A stretch of DNA of 53,170 bases from a virus. Its lineage: Duplodnaviria; Caudoviricetes. The notes beneath the pieces are model-generated. The model did no database searches. It was not told the DNA's origin and saw nothing but the letters and a program-made list of their open reading frames with translations. The DNA lies in IMG/VR virus record IMGVR_UViG_3300020454_000018, positions 1-53,170 of that record; one strand, given 5' to 3'. How positions within the stretch are numbered: the first letter of the stretch is position 1; each line of letters opens with the position of its first letter. The translations under genes and the position numbers were made by a program. Below are positions 18,862-29,120 of the stretch, in pieces.

Positions 18862-19556
18862 TAAACAACTTATTTCCTACACCGATTTATAGTAATACCA
18901 TAGATTCAGATACTCTAAAAAAGTTACAAACTGATATCAATGATTATATTAAAAATAATCGAAATGAATTTAATTTAAAAGCTTGGAATTGTAATACAGA
19001 AACAAATATATTATGCGAAGAAGAGAAATCTTTTTTTCCAAAATATTTAAAAGATTTAATAATACAAAATACTGTATCTTACTTTTCTCAAGCTGGGTTT
19101 AAACTTTCACCTTTTTTTATAAGTGGTTGTTGGTTAACGCTTGGTGGAAAAGGAGCGTTTCAAGACTTGCATGACCATTTAGATTCTACTACCCAAAGAG
19201 ATGTATTTTCGGGTGTGATGTATATATCAATTGATGAAAATAGCGGTGGTGAGTTTATCATACAATCACCAATAGATACCTTAGTAAATCTATTACCACA
19301 TTCAGGAATCGAAAGTAAATCTGAAAGACCCGAATATAATAAATCAAATACAGCAAAGTATAAACCACGAATTTTAATGAACGCAAAAGAAGGAATGTTT
19401 ATATCTTTTCCATCTTGGTTAAAACATGGTAGTTTAGATTATAGGTCAGATAAGAAAAAAAGAATATCAATAAGTTGGAACATAACACTTTTAGATAACA
19501 TAACCTTTGATTCAACAAACGCATTACTAACAAACCCAACCAATCAAATGATATGA
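18858..19556 (+). CDS. putative 2OG-Fe(II) oxygenase
   Basis: LFPTPIY, HDH, FSGVMY, FPSWLKH and RISISWN. Confidence 0.85.
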   Translation: MINNLFPTPIYSNTIDSDTLKKLQTDINDYIKNNRNEFNLKAWNCNTETNILCEEEKSFFPKYLKDLIIQNTVSYFSQAGFKLSPFFISGCWLTLGGKGAFQDLHDHLDSTTQRDVFSGVMYISIDENSGGEFIIQSPIDTLVNLLPHSGIESKSERPEYNKSNTAKYKPRILMNAKEGMFISFPSWLKHGSLDYRSDKKKRISISWNITLLDNITFDSTNALLTNPTNQMI

Positions 19557-20008
19557 AAGAATTCGATAGTTTAAATGTACTTTTAAAAATAGCATTAGTA
19601 TATTACACTCTAATGCTTTTCTTAACAACATCTTGTACTCCAACCGATGATGAACCACTAATCATACAACCTACATTAGAATTAGATGGTAGATTACCTA
19701 TGGATAATAATGGGTATTATTTATTAGAACTTAACGATAGTTCTTTTCAAACAATACACACTATTACAGGTACAGTTGGTAGCACACTTTCAGATGAACC
19801 AATAAAGGTGGAGTGGGATAGTAATTTAACTTGGTATCTTCAAAACGAATGGGAAGTAATGACAGCTAATCCTGCATCATATGCAGTTGATGGTGTTGTA
19901 CATAATGTTATAGGGCCGGTTCAAACAATGGTTGGAGATACACTAATACTAACTGGAACTATAAGAGAATACTTAGTTTCTGATACTATAAAATTTATTT
20001 TAGAATGA
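19553..20008 (+). CDS. putative lipoprotein
   Basis: Hydrophobic signal ending in a lipobox-like LTTSC. Confidence 0.6.
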   Translation: MKEFDSLNVLLKIALVYYTLMLFLTTSCTPTDDEPLIIQPTLELDGRLPMDNNGYYLLELNDSSFQTIHTITGTVGSTLSDEPIKVEWDSNLTWYLQNEWEVMTANPASYAVDGVVHNVIGPVQTMVGDTLILTGTIREYLVSDTIKFILE

Positions 20009-20322
20009 GAGGACCTGTACAATTTCCACAAACACCAATAACAGAAGAAACATTTAAAAAGCAAGGTTGGAAAAAAGAGTTTGATACTGATAATGAAATG
20101 GAAGAAATATATCAGTACACTCTTAATTTACCAAAAGAAAATAAAGACCCATATGGATTACAACTTATATCTACAACAAATATAGATAAAATAAGAGGAA
20201 TCGAAAAGGGTTGCTTCGTTGTACAACTATTAGATTGTAATGGATTAGGACAGTGTACAACAGAAGAAGAAATAGAAGTATTATATAAAACACTTACACG
20301 CAAATCAATTTATAAACAATGA
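20005..20322 (+). CDS. hypothetical protein
   Basis: 105-aa coupled ORF. Confidence 0.7.
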   Translation: MRGPVQFPQTPITEETFKKQGWKKEFDTDNEMEEIYQYTLNLPKENKDPYGLQLISTTNIDKIRGIEKGCFVVQLLDCNGLGQCTTEEEIEVLYKTLTRKSIYKQ

Positions 20323-21002
20323 AAAACTATACAGCAGAACAAATACAACAAAACTATGATAAGTTCATAGATGCTCTTAAAAAAGTATTTAAGGGTGAAC
20401 GACTAGAAAAACTCTTACATATGTATTCTGATTCAGAATTAGGACAAGAATTAGCAGTTGCTCCTGCTAGTGGTAAGTTAAACTTTCACAATGCTTATGT
20501 TGGTGGTTATATAGACCACGTTATGAATGTAGCTAGAAATGCACATAAAATTAAAAAACTATTTGTAGAAGGTGGAGGATATGTAAACTTTACCGATGAA
20601 GAACTATTCTTTGCAGCATTTCATCACGACTTAGGTAAGTTGGGAGATGGAACAGAACCATATTATATACCACAAACTTCAGAGTGGCATCAGAAGAATA
20701 AAAAAGAATTCTTTACACACAATCCAAAGTTACAATACTTTGATGTAACTGATAGAGCATTATGGTTACTTAACAAATATGGAATCACATATACTCAAAA
20801 AGAACAATTGGGTATAATGATGGCTGATGGATTATATAATGAGGCAAGTAAAAAATATTGGATATCTTATAATGAAGATTTCCAACTAAAAACAGATTTA
20901 CCATACATTATGCATTGGGCTGATTGTATGAGTACTAGACAAGAAAACTCAGAATATAGAGTTCAGAATGGAATATATGACAAAATGTCAGGTGGTTTTT
21001 AA
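20319..21002 (+). CDS. HD-domain phosphohydrolase (YhaM-like)
   Basis: APAS...HNAYVGGYIDH, HHDLGK and HWAD. Confidence 0.88.
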   Translation: MKNYTAEQIQQNYDKFIDALKKVFKGERLEKLLHMYSDSELGQELAVAPASGKLNFHNAYVGGYIDHVMNVARNAHKIKKLFVEGGGYVNFTDEELFFAAFHHDLGKLGDGTEPYYIPQTSEWHQKNKKEFFTHNPKLQYFDVTDRALWLLNKYGITYTQKEQLGIMMADGLYNEASKKYWISYNEDFQLKTDLPYIMHWADCMSTRQENSEYRVQNGIYDKMSGGF

Positions 21003-21022
21003 TAAAACCTGACAAAATGTCA
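20978..21022. promoter_or_regulatory. two TGACA-AAA-TGTCA palindromes upstream of Hsp20
   Basis: Identical 13-mers at 20978-20990 and 21010-21022, followed by TGGTACGCATTTGG at 21035. Confidence 0.65.
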
Positions 21023-21091
21023 TACAATTAGGAATGGTACGCATTTGGTACTAATAAAAGTAAATGTTTAAAATAAAAAAAAGAAAAAATT

Positions 21092-21475
21092 ATGATGACA
21101 ATTACAACTTTTAATGATTTATTTGATGATATGTTCAATGAACCTATCTTCAGAAGAGGTAGGAAATCCTACACAAATGCATATGGTAATTTTGATGCAA
21201 CAGTTTTAGAAAACGGAAAACAACAAGTTACAATTAATACTACAGGACACAATCCCAAAGATATTAAAATTGATGTTACCGATACAGAACTAAGAATTGT
21301 ATCAAAAAAAGATGAAAACTCTTCAAGATTTGTTTCAGATATTGACTTAACCCTTACAGTAGGTAAAGATTATGATGGAACAAAAACAGAAGCTAAGTTT
21401 GAAAACGGACTACTTACTCTCCTAATTGATAAGAAAGCTGATAAGAAACGAAAATCTCTCAAAATCTCTTATTAG
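21092..21475 (+). CDS. small heat shock protein (Hsp20/alpha-crystallin)
   Basis: G(H)NPKDIKIDV and the EAKFENGLLTL motif. Confidence 0.9.
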   Translation: MMTITTFNDLFDDMFNEPIFRRGRKSYTNAYGNFDATVLENGKQQVTINTTGHNPKDIKIDVTDTELRIVSKKDENSSRFVSDIDLTLTVGKDYDGTKTEAKFENGLLTLLIDKKADKKRKSLKISY

Positions 21476-21494
21476 TACTAATCACATTAGATAG

Positions 21495-21521
21495 AAAGGG
21501 GAGTTTATCTCCCCTTTTTTT
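21495..21521 (+). terminator. rho-independent terminator
   Basis: AAAGGGGAG-TTTAT-CTCCCC followed by T7. Confidence 0.85.
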
Positions 21522-21530
21522 ATATATTTA

Positions 21531-21539
21531 ATATTTATA
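21531..21539 (+). promoter_or_regulatory. putative late promoter ATATTTATA
   Basis: Immediately after the terminator and before ORF 21565. Confidence 0.55.
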
Positions 21540-21564
21540 TAAGTAAAATAAAACATAATAAGTT

Positions 21565-21744
21565 ATGAACGAAGCAAGAAAGCTAAAAGCATATTCCCAC
21601 ATCGAAGGGATTGAAAGTAGAGCTAAGTTATTAGAAAAGGGAATTACTGGAAGTCAACAAGTAGACCCTAAAACGGCACTTAGACTTACTAAAGAAATTC
21701 TCAATTTAAATACAAAAGTAAAAGAATTGGTAGATATTTCGTAA
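21565..21744 (+). CDS. small hypothetical protein (59 aa)
   Basis: Manually translated MNEARKLKAYSHIEGIESRAKLLEKG...; TAATG coupling to the next gene. Confidence 0.65.
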   Translation: MNEARKLKAYSHIEGIESRAKLLEKGITGSQQVDPKTALRLTKEILNLNTKVKELVDIS

Positions 21745-22838
21745 TGAAATTCAGAACATTCTTATTAGGATTATCGGCATTGTTCGTTGCTTTCAACGCT
21801 GCCTTTTTTTCTGTAAGTGGTTTATCTAAACTATTTGCTGGAGCATCGTTATCTGTTATACTAATGGCTAGTTCTTTAGAGTTAGCAAAACTAATTACTG
21901 CTGGTTATCTTTACAATTATTGGGAAAAGATAAATAAAGTATTTAGATGGTATTTAACTTTTGGTGTTGTTATATTAGTATTAATTACATCACTTGGTAT
22001 CTACGGATTCCTAACATCAGCATTTCAAGACACCTTTAATCAATTCTCAGCAAATGAAAAACAAAAAGCATTCTTACAACAAAAAGAAAAGTTCTACGCT
22101 GATGATGTTGCAAGATACGATGAGGAACTTAAAAGAATATCTAATAACATCTCTACTCTTTCCAATGCTAAATCTCAACAAATCGAAGTACGAGACACCT
22201 CGGTGGTTGGGGGCGTTAGACGAACCATCTCTACTTCCGAACTTAGGATTTCACAAAAGCGTATTGAAGTTGAAGAAGAGAATCGTAAAAGTGTTCAGTC
22301 AAAAAGAGAAGTAGCAGCAGACTCACTACAATCTATTCAGCTAAAAGTTTTAGATTTAGATACAAACTTGGAGGGGGCATCAGAACTTGGCCCACTACAA
22401 TATCTAAGTGGATTGACTGGATATGGTATGGATAGGATAATCAACTGGTTAATCTTAATCATTATATTTGTTTTTGACCCATTAGCAGTAGCGCTTGTAG
22501 TTGCTTTTAACAATGCTTTACAAGTTGATAGGGGTATTGTAGATAAACAGAAAGTAATTCGTAGGAGAGAGTTATATGATGAAGTACCTGAAGAAGAAGA
22601 TATTGATGAAATCGATGTAAAAGATGAAGAAGAAGTTTTACCACCCGAGGCAAGAGGATTCGAACCACCTAAAAAAGAACTTGAACTAACAAAAGCAGAT
22701 ATTCGACTATATACACATCCTAATTTTAATTGGGAAGATAGAAGGACGTGGCAGAACGACCCCAAAGCAGTTCACTATTGGATAAAAAATATAAAAGATA
22801 AAAGATATCCTGATGATTTCGAAACAAAAACCTATTGA
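21744..22838 (+). CDS. membrane protein with coiled coil
   Basis: Three N-terminal TM helices, a long coiled coil, then ELGPLQYL...IIFVFDPLAVAL. Confidence 0.75.
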   Translation: MKFRTFLLGLSALFVAFNAAFFSVSGLSKLFAGASLSVILMASSLELAKLITAGYLYNYWEKINKVFRWYLTFGVVILVLITSLGIYGFLTSAFQDTFNQFSANEKQKAFLQQKEKFYADDVARYDEELKRISNNISTLSNAKSQQIEVRDTSVVGGVRRTISTSELRISQKRIEVEEENRKSVQSKREVAADSLQSIQLKVLDLDTNLEGASELGPLQYLSGLTGYGMDRIINWLILIIIFVFDPLAVALVVAFNNALQVDRGIVDKQKVIRRRELYDEVPEEEDIDEIDVKDEEEVLPPEARGFEPPKKELELTKADIRLYTHPNFNWEDRRTWQNDPKAVHYWIKNIKDKRYPDDFETKTY

Positions 22839-23649
22839 TGATTTTGTTTTTATTGAAATAGAAATATTTTCATACTGTAATCGAAAATGTTGGTTTTGTC
22901 CAAACTCTTTTGTAGATAGGCGGGGTGAGAACCTAATTATGCCTGAAAAAAAATATCTTAGTATTCTTCAACAACTAAAAGATATGAACTTTAAAGGTGA
23001 GATAGCTTATAGTAGATATAATGAACCATTATCTCATAAAGATATTTTTATAAAAAGGTTAGAACAAGCAAGAGAATATCTACCCAACGCAAAGTTAAGA
23101 ACCAACTCAAATGGTGATTATGTTACAAAAGAATACATAATAGATTTACATAAAGCAGGATTGAATGAATTATTCATACAACAATATTTAAAAAATAATG
23201 AAATCTATAATCACACCAGAGTAAAAAAAGAAATTAAAAGAAAATTAGATAAAGTAGGATTACCATATAAGTTATTATATGATTACAAAGATAGAAAAAT
23301 TGAATATGATTTATCTTACAAAGATATGGTTGTACATATCCGAGGTAGAAACTTTACCTTTGATGGGAGTAGTAGAGGAGAGACTGTACCACTTGCAGTT
23401 GATTATGTAAGAACAGAACGATGCTTAAAACCATTTACTTCGATGTATATCGATTATAATGGTAGCGTTATGATTTGTTGTAATCTTCGTTCAGATATTA
23501 AACAGCATGATATTGGATATATGGGTAATGCATTCGAAACACCAATTAAAGAAATTTGGAATGGTGATAGGTATCTAAGCTGGAGAAATCATCATCAGTT
23601 TAATGGGCCAAAAGAAGGTGCATGTAGAAGTTGTAAAATAGGTTTATGA
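22813..23649 (+). CDS. radical SAM protein with SPASM/twitch domain
   Basis: CNRKCWFC, NEPL and C-terminal C...YIDYNGSVMICC...CRSC. Confidence 0.9.
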   Translation: MISKQKPIDDFVFIEIEIFSYCNRKCWFCPNSFVDRRGENLIMPEKKYLSILQQLKDMNFKGEIAYSRYNEPLSHKDIFIKRLEQAREYLPNAKLRTNSNGDYVTKEYIIDLHKAGLNELFIQQYLKNNEIYNHTRVKKEIKRKLDKVGLPYKLLYDYKDRKIEYDLSYKDMVVHIRGRNFTFDGSSRGETVPLAVDYVRTERCLKPFTSMYIDYNGSVMICCNLRSDIKQHDIGYMGNAFETPIKEIWNGDRYLSWRNHHQFNGPKEGACRSCKIGL

Positions 23650-24803
23650 TAGAATACAAAGTTTTAAAAAATAATATTACAATAGTTCTCAATGAAGAGT
23701 GGGATAGTTCAAATGATAAAGAAGGGATACCGCTTTTAGCAACCGAAAAAAGAAATAATAGATATGGGCCTGTTCGTGTTAGTGGTAAAAATATTAAGTT
23801 TTACAATATAAAAGAAACAGATGTAAATACTACCTATGATTATTTATTTTTAGAAGGATATGATAGCTCTTTAAATAATCTTACTGAACATACTTTATAC
23901 AAAAACTTAAAAGTAAACGAAGTTATAATAGCTCATTCAGGAGAATATGCTACAGCAGATGAACTAAAAGAATGGAATAACTTTTTAAATAAAAATAATA
24001 TTTCATACAAAGAAAAAAAAGTTGTTATTCCAATTGATGAATATAAAGAAGATACATATGGGTGGAAACTATTTAAATATCCATTTTCGGCACTAAGATT
24101 TTTTTGTTCTACTGATAACAAAACTTTTGTAGGAGATGAATATACTATTGATGATTGTATAGGTGTAGGATTTAGTGAAGAACAAAAGCCAAAAGTATTT
24201 AATTGTTTAATAAATTCAGTTAGGCGTGGTAGATTTCACTTAGCAGAACAACTCTTACAATCATCTTGCTTAGAATATGGAACTTGCTATTGGAAAGAGA
24301 TGGTTTATGATAATAAAAAAATACCATCATATGGTAAACATTGGATTGATTCTAAGTATAAAGTAAAAGCTGATAGATTCAAATTTCAACCTCAACATTC
24401 AAAGAACGCTTATATAGAATTACAATGCGAATCTCACATAGAACAAAACTCAACATTCGTTACAGAAAAAGCATCAAAGGCATTTATGGGATTACAATTT
24501 CCGTTTTTCTTAGCACAACCAAACTATTATCAGTATTTTAGAGATTGGGGATTTGATATGTTTGATGATATATTTGACCACTCATATGATACACTACCTA
24601 TTAGAACAGAAAAGGAATTATATCATAAAGTAGATATGATAATATCTCAATTAGAAAAAGCATGTGAATGGGATTTACATGAAATTTATATCCATAATAA
24701 AGTTAGATTATTACACAATCAGCAACGATTATATGAATTAGTACATTCTAATAATAACAGAGAATCTGCCTTATTCGATTTTATTTTTCAAAAAAACTTA
24801 TGA
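23646..24803 (+). CDS. putative glycosyltransferase (GT-B, GT10-like C-terminus)
   Basis: FNCL...R..R, FVTEKASKAF and GFDMFDDIFDHSYD motifs. Confidence 0.5.
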   Translation: MIEYKVLKNNITIVLNEEWDSSNDKEGIPLLATEKRNNRYGPVRVSGKNIKFYNIKETDVNTTYDYLFLEGYDSSLNNLTEHTLYKNLKVNEVIIAHSGEYATADELKEWNNFLNKNNISYKEKKVVIPIDEYKEDTYGWKLFKYPFSALRFFCSTDNKTFVGDEYTIDDCIGVGFSEEQKPKVFNCLINSVRRGRFHLAEQLLQSSCLEYGTCYWKEMVYDNKKIPSYGKHWIDSKYKVKADRFKFQPQHSKNAYIELQCESHIEQNSTFVTEKASKAFMGLQFPFFLAQPNYYQYFRDWGFDMFDDIFDHSYDTLPIRTEKELYHKVDMIISQLEKACEWDLHEIYIHNKVRLLHNQQRLYELVHSNNNRESALFDFIFQKNL

Positions 24804-24809
24804 AATTAT

Positions 24810-24840
24810 TTGGATATGTAAAATATTTTTCGTATATTTG
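24810..24840 (+). promoter_or_regulatory. Bacteroidetes-type promoter
   Basis: TTGG-N19-TATATTTG upstream of uvsE. Confidence 0.75.
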
Positions 24841-24859
24841 ATATATCAAATAAAGTTAT

Positions 24860-25810
24860 ATGAATTTAGGATACGCATGTATTAATATGACCTTATCAGG
24901 TCAAAAGCCAAAAGTAACTACAAATCGTAGTATGATTAAGAAAACCTTTAAAGAAAAAGGTTTATCATATGCTGGTGAGTTAGGAATGTTAAACGCAGCC
25001 GATTTAAGTAAGATACTTAGATGGAATGTAGAAAACAATATTAAATGTTTTAGATTATCTTCAGAGTTCTTTCCGTGGGCATCAGAATATAAGTTTAAAG
25101 ATTTACCACAATACTTACGAATCAAAACATTATTAGCTGGTGCAGGTAACTACGCTAAACAAAATGGATTACGATTAACTTCACATCCAGGTCCGTTCAA
25201 TGTATTGGTATCACCACACAAGCATGTGGTTGATAATACAATTACTGATTTAAGAATACATGGAGAAGTATTCGATATGTTAGGATTAGAGCGTTCACCA
25301 TACAACAAAATAAATATACATTGTAATGGTGTATATGGAGATAAACAATCTGCTATGGATAGATTCTGTAAAAACTTTGAGTTACTACCAGAATCAGTTA
25401 AGACTCGTTTGACTGTAGAGAATGATGATAAGGCATCAATGTACTCAGTAAAAGATTTAATGTATATACATAAAAGAATTGGTATTCCTATTGTATTTGA
25501 TTATCACCACCACAAATTTTGTACAGGTGATTTATCAGAGCAAGAAGCTTTGGAGTTGGCTTTATCAACTTGGCCTAAAGGTATTACACCAATAGTACAT
25601 TACTCAGAATCTAAAATGTTACACGAAGGTAACGAAAAACTAAAACCACAAGCTCACTCAGATTATATCAATGATTTACCAGATACATATGGTAATGATG
25701 TTGATATTATGGTAGAAGCAAAAGCAAAAGAATTATCTATATTACCATTTGTTAATTCAAATAAATGTGAGTATAGTGGTTTATTAAGTACATCAAGTTA
25801 TGCAAGCTAA
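24860..25810 (+). CDS. uvsE: UV DNA damage endonuclease
   Basis: LGYACIN, FRLSS, HPGPF, NIH, ENDD, FDYHHH, HYS, AHSD and EAKAKE. Confidence 0.95.
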   Translation: MNLGYACINMTLSGQKPKVTTNRSMIKKTFKEKGLSYAGELGMLNAADLSKILRWNVENNIKCFRLSSEFFPWASEYKFKDLPQYLRIKTLLAGAGNYAKQNGLRLTSHPGPFNVLVSPHKHVVDNTITDLRIHGEVFDMLGLERSPYNKINIHCNGVYGDKQSAMDRFCKNFELLPESVKTRLTVENDDKASMYSVKDLMYIHKRIGIPIVFDYHHHKFCTGDLSEQEALELALSTWPKGITPIVHYSESKMLHEGNEKLKPQAHSDYINDLPDTYGNDVDIMVEAKAKELSILPFVNSNKCEYSGLLSTSSYAS

Positions 25811-25973
25811 AGAGTGGTTAGAAAAAGAAGAATGGGATAATTTACCAGTAGATTCTCAGAAGTGGTCACACTATACAATGATGGATACTATTATGGAAGA
25901 ATATGCTAAGGTATATTTAAAAAACAAATTAAAAGAAATAAGTAATAATACAAAATTAAATAAATTTTTATGA
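25800..25973 (+). CDS. small hypothetical protein (57 aa)
   Basis: Manually translated MQAKEWLEKEEWDNLPVDSQKWSHY...; overlaps both neighbours. Confidence 0.5.
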   Translation: MQAKEWLEKEEWDNLPVDSQKWSHYTMMDTIMEEYAKVYLKNKLKEISNNTKLNKFL

Positions 25974-26152
25974 AACACTTTATGAATAACGGAAAAGAAT
26001 ATTTAAAAATGACTAAAGAAGATATGGAGTTTAGACAAGGTAGGAGTAAAAAACAATATGAAAATAATGCAAAGGCTGGACTCACTGCATCATTTTTATT
26101 ACTTTTAACTTTAGCTGGCATAATCATATATGGATTATTAACTACAAGCTAA
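25970..26152 (+). CDS. small membrane protein
   Basis: RQGRS motif followed by a TM helix. Confidence 0.6.
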   Translation: MKHFMNNGKEYLKMTKEDMEFRQGRSKKQYENNAKAGLTASFLLLLTLAGIIIYGLLTTS

Positions 26153-27025
26153 ATGTATAGGTATCAAAAACTTCTATATAATAGTGATTGTATTTTAGAT
26201 ACAAAATCAAATACTGTCTTTTTTGAAGGTGATGACGGTTGGGATACATATCAACAATGGATAAAAGATTACCCTATTTTAGAAGAAGATATTAAAGCAC
26301 AAAAAGTACAACTACTAAGATGGAATCAAGGTAGACCCATATATTTAGATGATACAAAATATCATTATCATAGAAATGGTATATTATTTAAAACAGAAAC
26401 AGATAACATTTATTGTGAATATGATAACGATGGGTTTTTGATAAAAAAAGAAACCACAACAGATAATGGAAAAGAAATAGAAGAGTATGTTGTTGTAAAT
26501 AAAAAATCACTTCTCAGTAAACGGATAACACCATCAGAAATAATTCATTATCAAGCAACTCCACATCAAGCTATATATAAAAAGTATAAGCAAAATGGAT
26601 TTAATATAGAAGAGTATTTAAGTAATAACAAAATTTACAAAAGTAGTTTTACAAAAAACTCAATCAGAGTAGAAAAGCAATTTGCTAATGGATATACTAC
26701 TGAAGCAAAAACATATGTTGATGATATACTTGTTAAAGAAAAGTTTTATTTTTCTGGTACAAGTACAATATCAAAGAAAAATCACAAACTAAGAACAGAA
26801 GATGCTGCAGGTTATTATTATACAGAATATTACCCTACTACGAATTGTAGAGCTGAAGGACTTTTAACCGAAAATGATAAACCAACTGGAGTATGGAAAT
26901 TTTATCATGTCAATGGTGAAGTAGAATCTGAGCATTTTTTTAATGATGGTAGATTTGAACAATATAGTAGGTCATCCGTATATTATGAGGATGGTACTTT
27001 AAACTTTAACATTAAGCATGATTAG
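26153..27025 (+). CDS. MORN-variant repeat protein
   Basis: C-terminal EYYPxxxxxxEG...GVWKFYHVNG...YYEDG repeats. Confidence 0.65.
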   Translation: MYRYQKLLYNSDCILDTKSNTVFFEGDDGWDTYQQWIKDYPILEEDIKAQKVQLLRWNQGRPIYLDDTKYHYHRNGILFKTETDNIYCEYDNDGFLIKKETTTDNGKEIEEYVVVNKKSLLSKRITPSEIIHYQATPHQAIYKKYKQNGFNIEEYLSNNKIYKSSFTKNSIRVEKQFANGYTTEAKTYVDDILVKEKFYFSGTSTISKKNHKLRTEDAAGYYYTEYYPTTNCRAEGLLTENDKPTGVWKFYHVNGEVESEHFFNDGRFEQYSRSSVYYEDGTLNFNIKHD

Positions 27026-27914
27026 TATTATTATTCCATTTGCCGTAAAAAACGAAGAAGATATAAATCTACACAATTGGCCAAATCAAGATTTAGGATT
27101 TAATATATACAATACAATACAATGTATAAAAAATATTAATAAACTTTTAGATTTTGATAAAGAAATAATATTGGTTGATAATACTAATAATTTTCCAAAA
27201 CTTAAATTACCAAATCTAAAAGTAATAAAAGGTTGGCAATATCTTACTGAAGATGAAATAAAATCAAAATCTGATTTTTCAAAATATAAAATAGATAATT
27301 TTAAAAACCAATCAATGTGGGCATCTATGGCTTACAATATAGGTTTGAAAGAAGCAAGGGGTGAGTATGTTATTTTACAGCATAATGATATACATTATCA
27401 TAACAACTTAATACCAAATATGATAAACCTTATGAAAAATGAAAGTTTAGAATATATTTCAGCTGATTTTAAAAAACTAACTATCTCTGGTTATTTGGGT
27501 AATAAAGAAGTAATGGATAACATCGAAAATGATATTGAAGTTAGTTATATAGATGGTGGTTATATTAAAACCAAAAAAATAGGATTTGCAGATTGTTACT
27601 TTTTTATTTCGAAAAAAGAATTCTTTAATGATTATTATGTTGATTGGGCATATGGAGATTCAAATCATGGGGCTACTATAAAGTGTTTAAAAAACAAAAA
27701 AGATTTTTTACACTTAAGTCCATTTTATGATAATCCAAACTTTGAAACCAAAAATAAACTAAGAACTTATTATTTTGATTCAAAAAAATTTATAACACAT
27801 TTAAAGGGTGGGTTTTCTCAAAACAAACTATCGTTTAAAAAAATACATAAAAATATTATGAGTGTTGTATATCAAGACGAAATTTACAAATATTTAAATT
27901 TAATAAATGATTGA
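27018..27914 (+). CDS. glycosyltransferase family 2-like protein
   Basis: ISIIIP, EIILVDN, AYNIGLKEARGEYVILQHND. Confidence 0.85.
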   Translation: MISIIIPFAVKNEEDINLHNWPNQDLGFNIYNTIQCIKNINKLLDFDKEIILVDNTNNFPKLKLPNLKVIKGWQYLTEDEIKSKSDFSKYKIDNFKNQSMWASMAYNIGLKEARGEYVILQHNDIHYHNNLIPNMINLMKNESLEYISADFKKLTISGYLGNKEVMDNIENDIEVSYIDGGYIKTKKIGFADCYFFISKKEFFNDYYVDWAYGDSNHGATIKCLKNKKDFLHLSPFYDNPNFETKNKLRTYYFDSKKFITHLKGGFSQNKLSFKKIHKNIMSVVYQDEIYKYLNLIND

Positions 27915-28656
27915 AGCACACATCATAACTTTACCTAAATCAAAACACAGTATGAGTTTGGCTGATAGATGTATTACTAATCTCAAAGAAACTTTTGGTT
28001 TTGATAATCCAAACTGGAATGTTTCTTATTCATATGGCGTTGATAAGTATTCAGTTTGGCAAACATACATAGATTCTAATCTTAATTTAAATATTGATAC
28101 TTTTGGTGTAGGAAATTTAGAATCAGAAATAGCAACTTTTTTTTCTCACTTAAATTTATGGCAAAAATGCTTGGATAATTCAAAAAAATTTCTTATATTA
28201 GAGACTGATTCTGTATTTACAAAAGATGTAGATATAAATCAATTATTAAATTTTGATGGGGATTTATTAAATTTAGGATATCCTAATTGGGGTAGTTCTA
28301 TAAATGGAAAGCAAAATAATATAGATATAAAAATGGAATGGTTGGATAAACCAAATGGTATTTTAAAAAGAGAGTTTTGTGAAAATGAGCACGATAGACA
28401 CTCACCACACTTAGGAAGTTGTCATTGTGATACCGAATGGTTATTTGGAGCACATTGTTATTTACTAAACCCATCAGGAGCAAAAAAATTATTGGATAGT
28501 TTAAAAAAAGGAATAGAACCAGCTGATACATACATAAGTCAAAAAGTATTAAATATTTATGATTTACTACCACACCCAGCCAAACAACTAAATGATAATA
28601 GTTTTATCCAAAGACATTATAAACATAACGGAATTGATGACCAATGGGATTACTAA
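27907..28656 (+). CDS. glycosyltransferase family 25-like protein
   Basis: SHLNLW, LILETD, GAHCYLLNPSGAKKL and PAD. Confidence 0.8.
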   Translation: MIEAHIITLPKSKHSMSLADRCITNLKETFGFDNPNWNVSYSYGVDKYSVWQTYIDSNLNLNIDTFGVGNLESEIATFFSHLNLWQKCLDNSKKFLILETDSVFTKDVDINQLLNFDGDLLNLGYPNWGSSINGKQNNIDIKMEWLDKPNGILKREFCENEHDRHSPHLGSCHCDTEWLFGAHCYLLNPSGAKKLLDSLKKGIEPADTYISQKVLNIYDLLPHPAKQLNDNSFIQRHYKHNGIDDQWDY

Positions 28657-29120
28657 ATAACTTATATATTTTTGTCTATGCTGATGTTAAAAATAAATTA
28701 GCAACATATAGAATTAACGATTATGATGAATTTAATGATTATAGTAAAAACATTAGTCAATCTAGTATTAAACAATTAGTAAATGTAATTGATAATTCTA
28801 CATATGAAAAAATAGTTTTGGTATGTAGAAGTAAAGATGAACCATATACACAAGAGTTTCCAGCTCAATTATATTTGGATTATATCAAAAAAAATTCAAA
28901 GAAAAATATAAAAGTATTTTATCAAAACCCACTACCAGCTAATGTACCAAACTTTGAAGATGATTATATGATAATTAGATTTGGGTGGGATTCTGGATGT
29001 GAGTTTGATAACGCAGTTGGTGAGGATAAGTTATTTGATACTGAATTATCAGATGGTTCTTACACTTTACTTTATAATAAAAATAAATCCATAAACTTAA
29101 ATAAAAAATCAATTTTATGA
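28644..29120 (+). CDS. hypothetical protein resembling the N-terminus of the Hint polyprotein
   Basis: DDYMIIRFGWDSGCEFD compared with DDKFILRLAYDENALFD. Confidence 0.55.
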   Translation: MGLLNNLYIFVYADVKNKLATYRINDYDEFNDYSKNISQSSIKQLVNVIDNSTYEKIVLVCRSKDEPYTQEFPAQLYLDYIKKNSKKNIKVFYQNPLPANVPNFEDDYMIIRFGWDSGCEFDNAVGEDKLFDTELSDGSYTLLYNKNKSINLNKKSIL

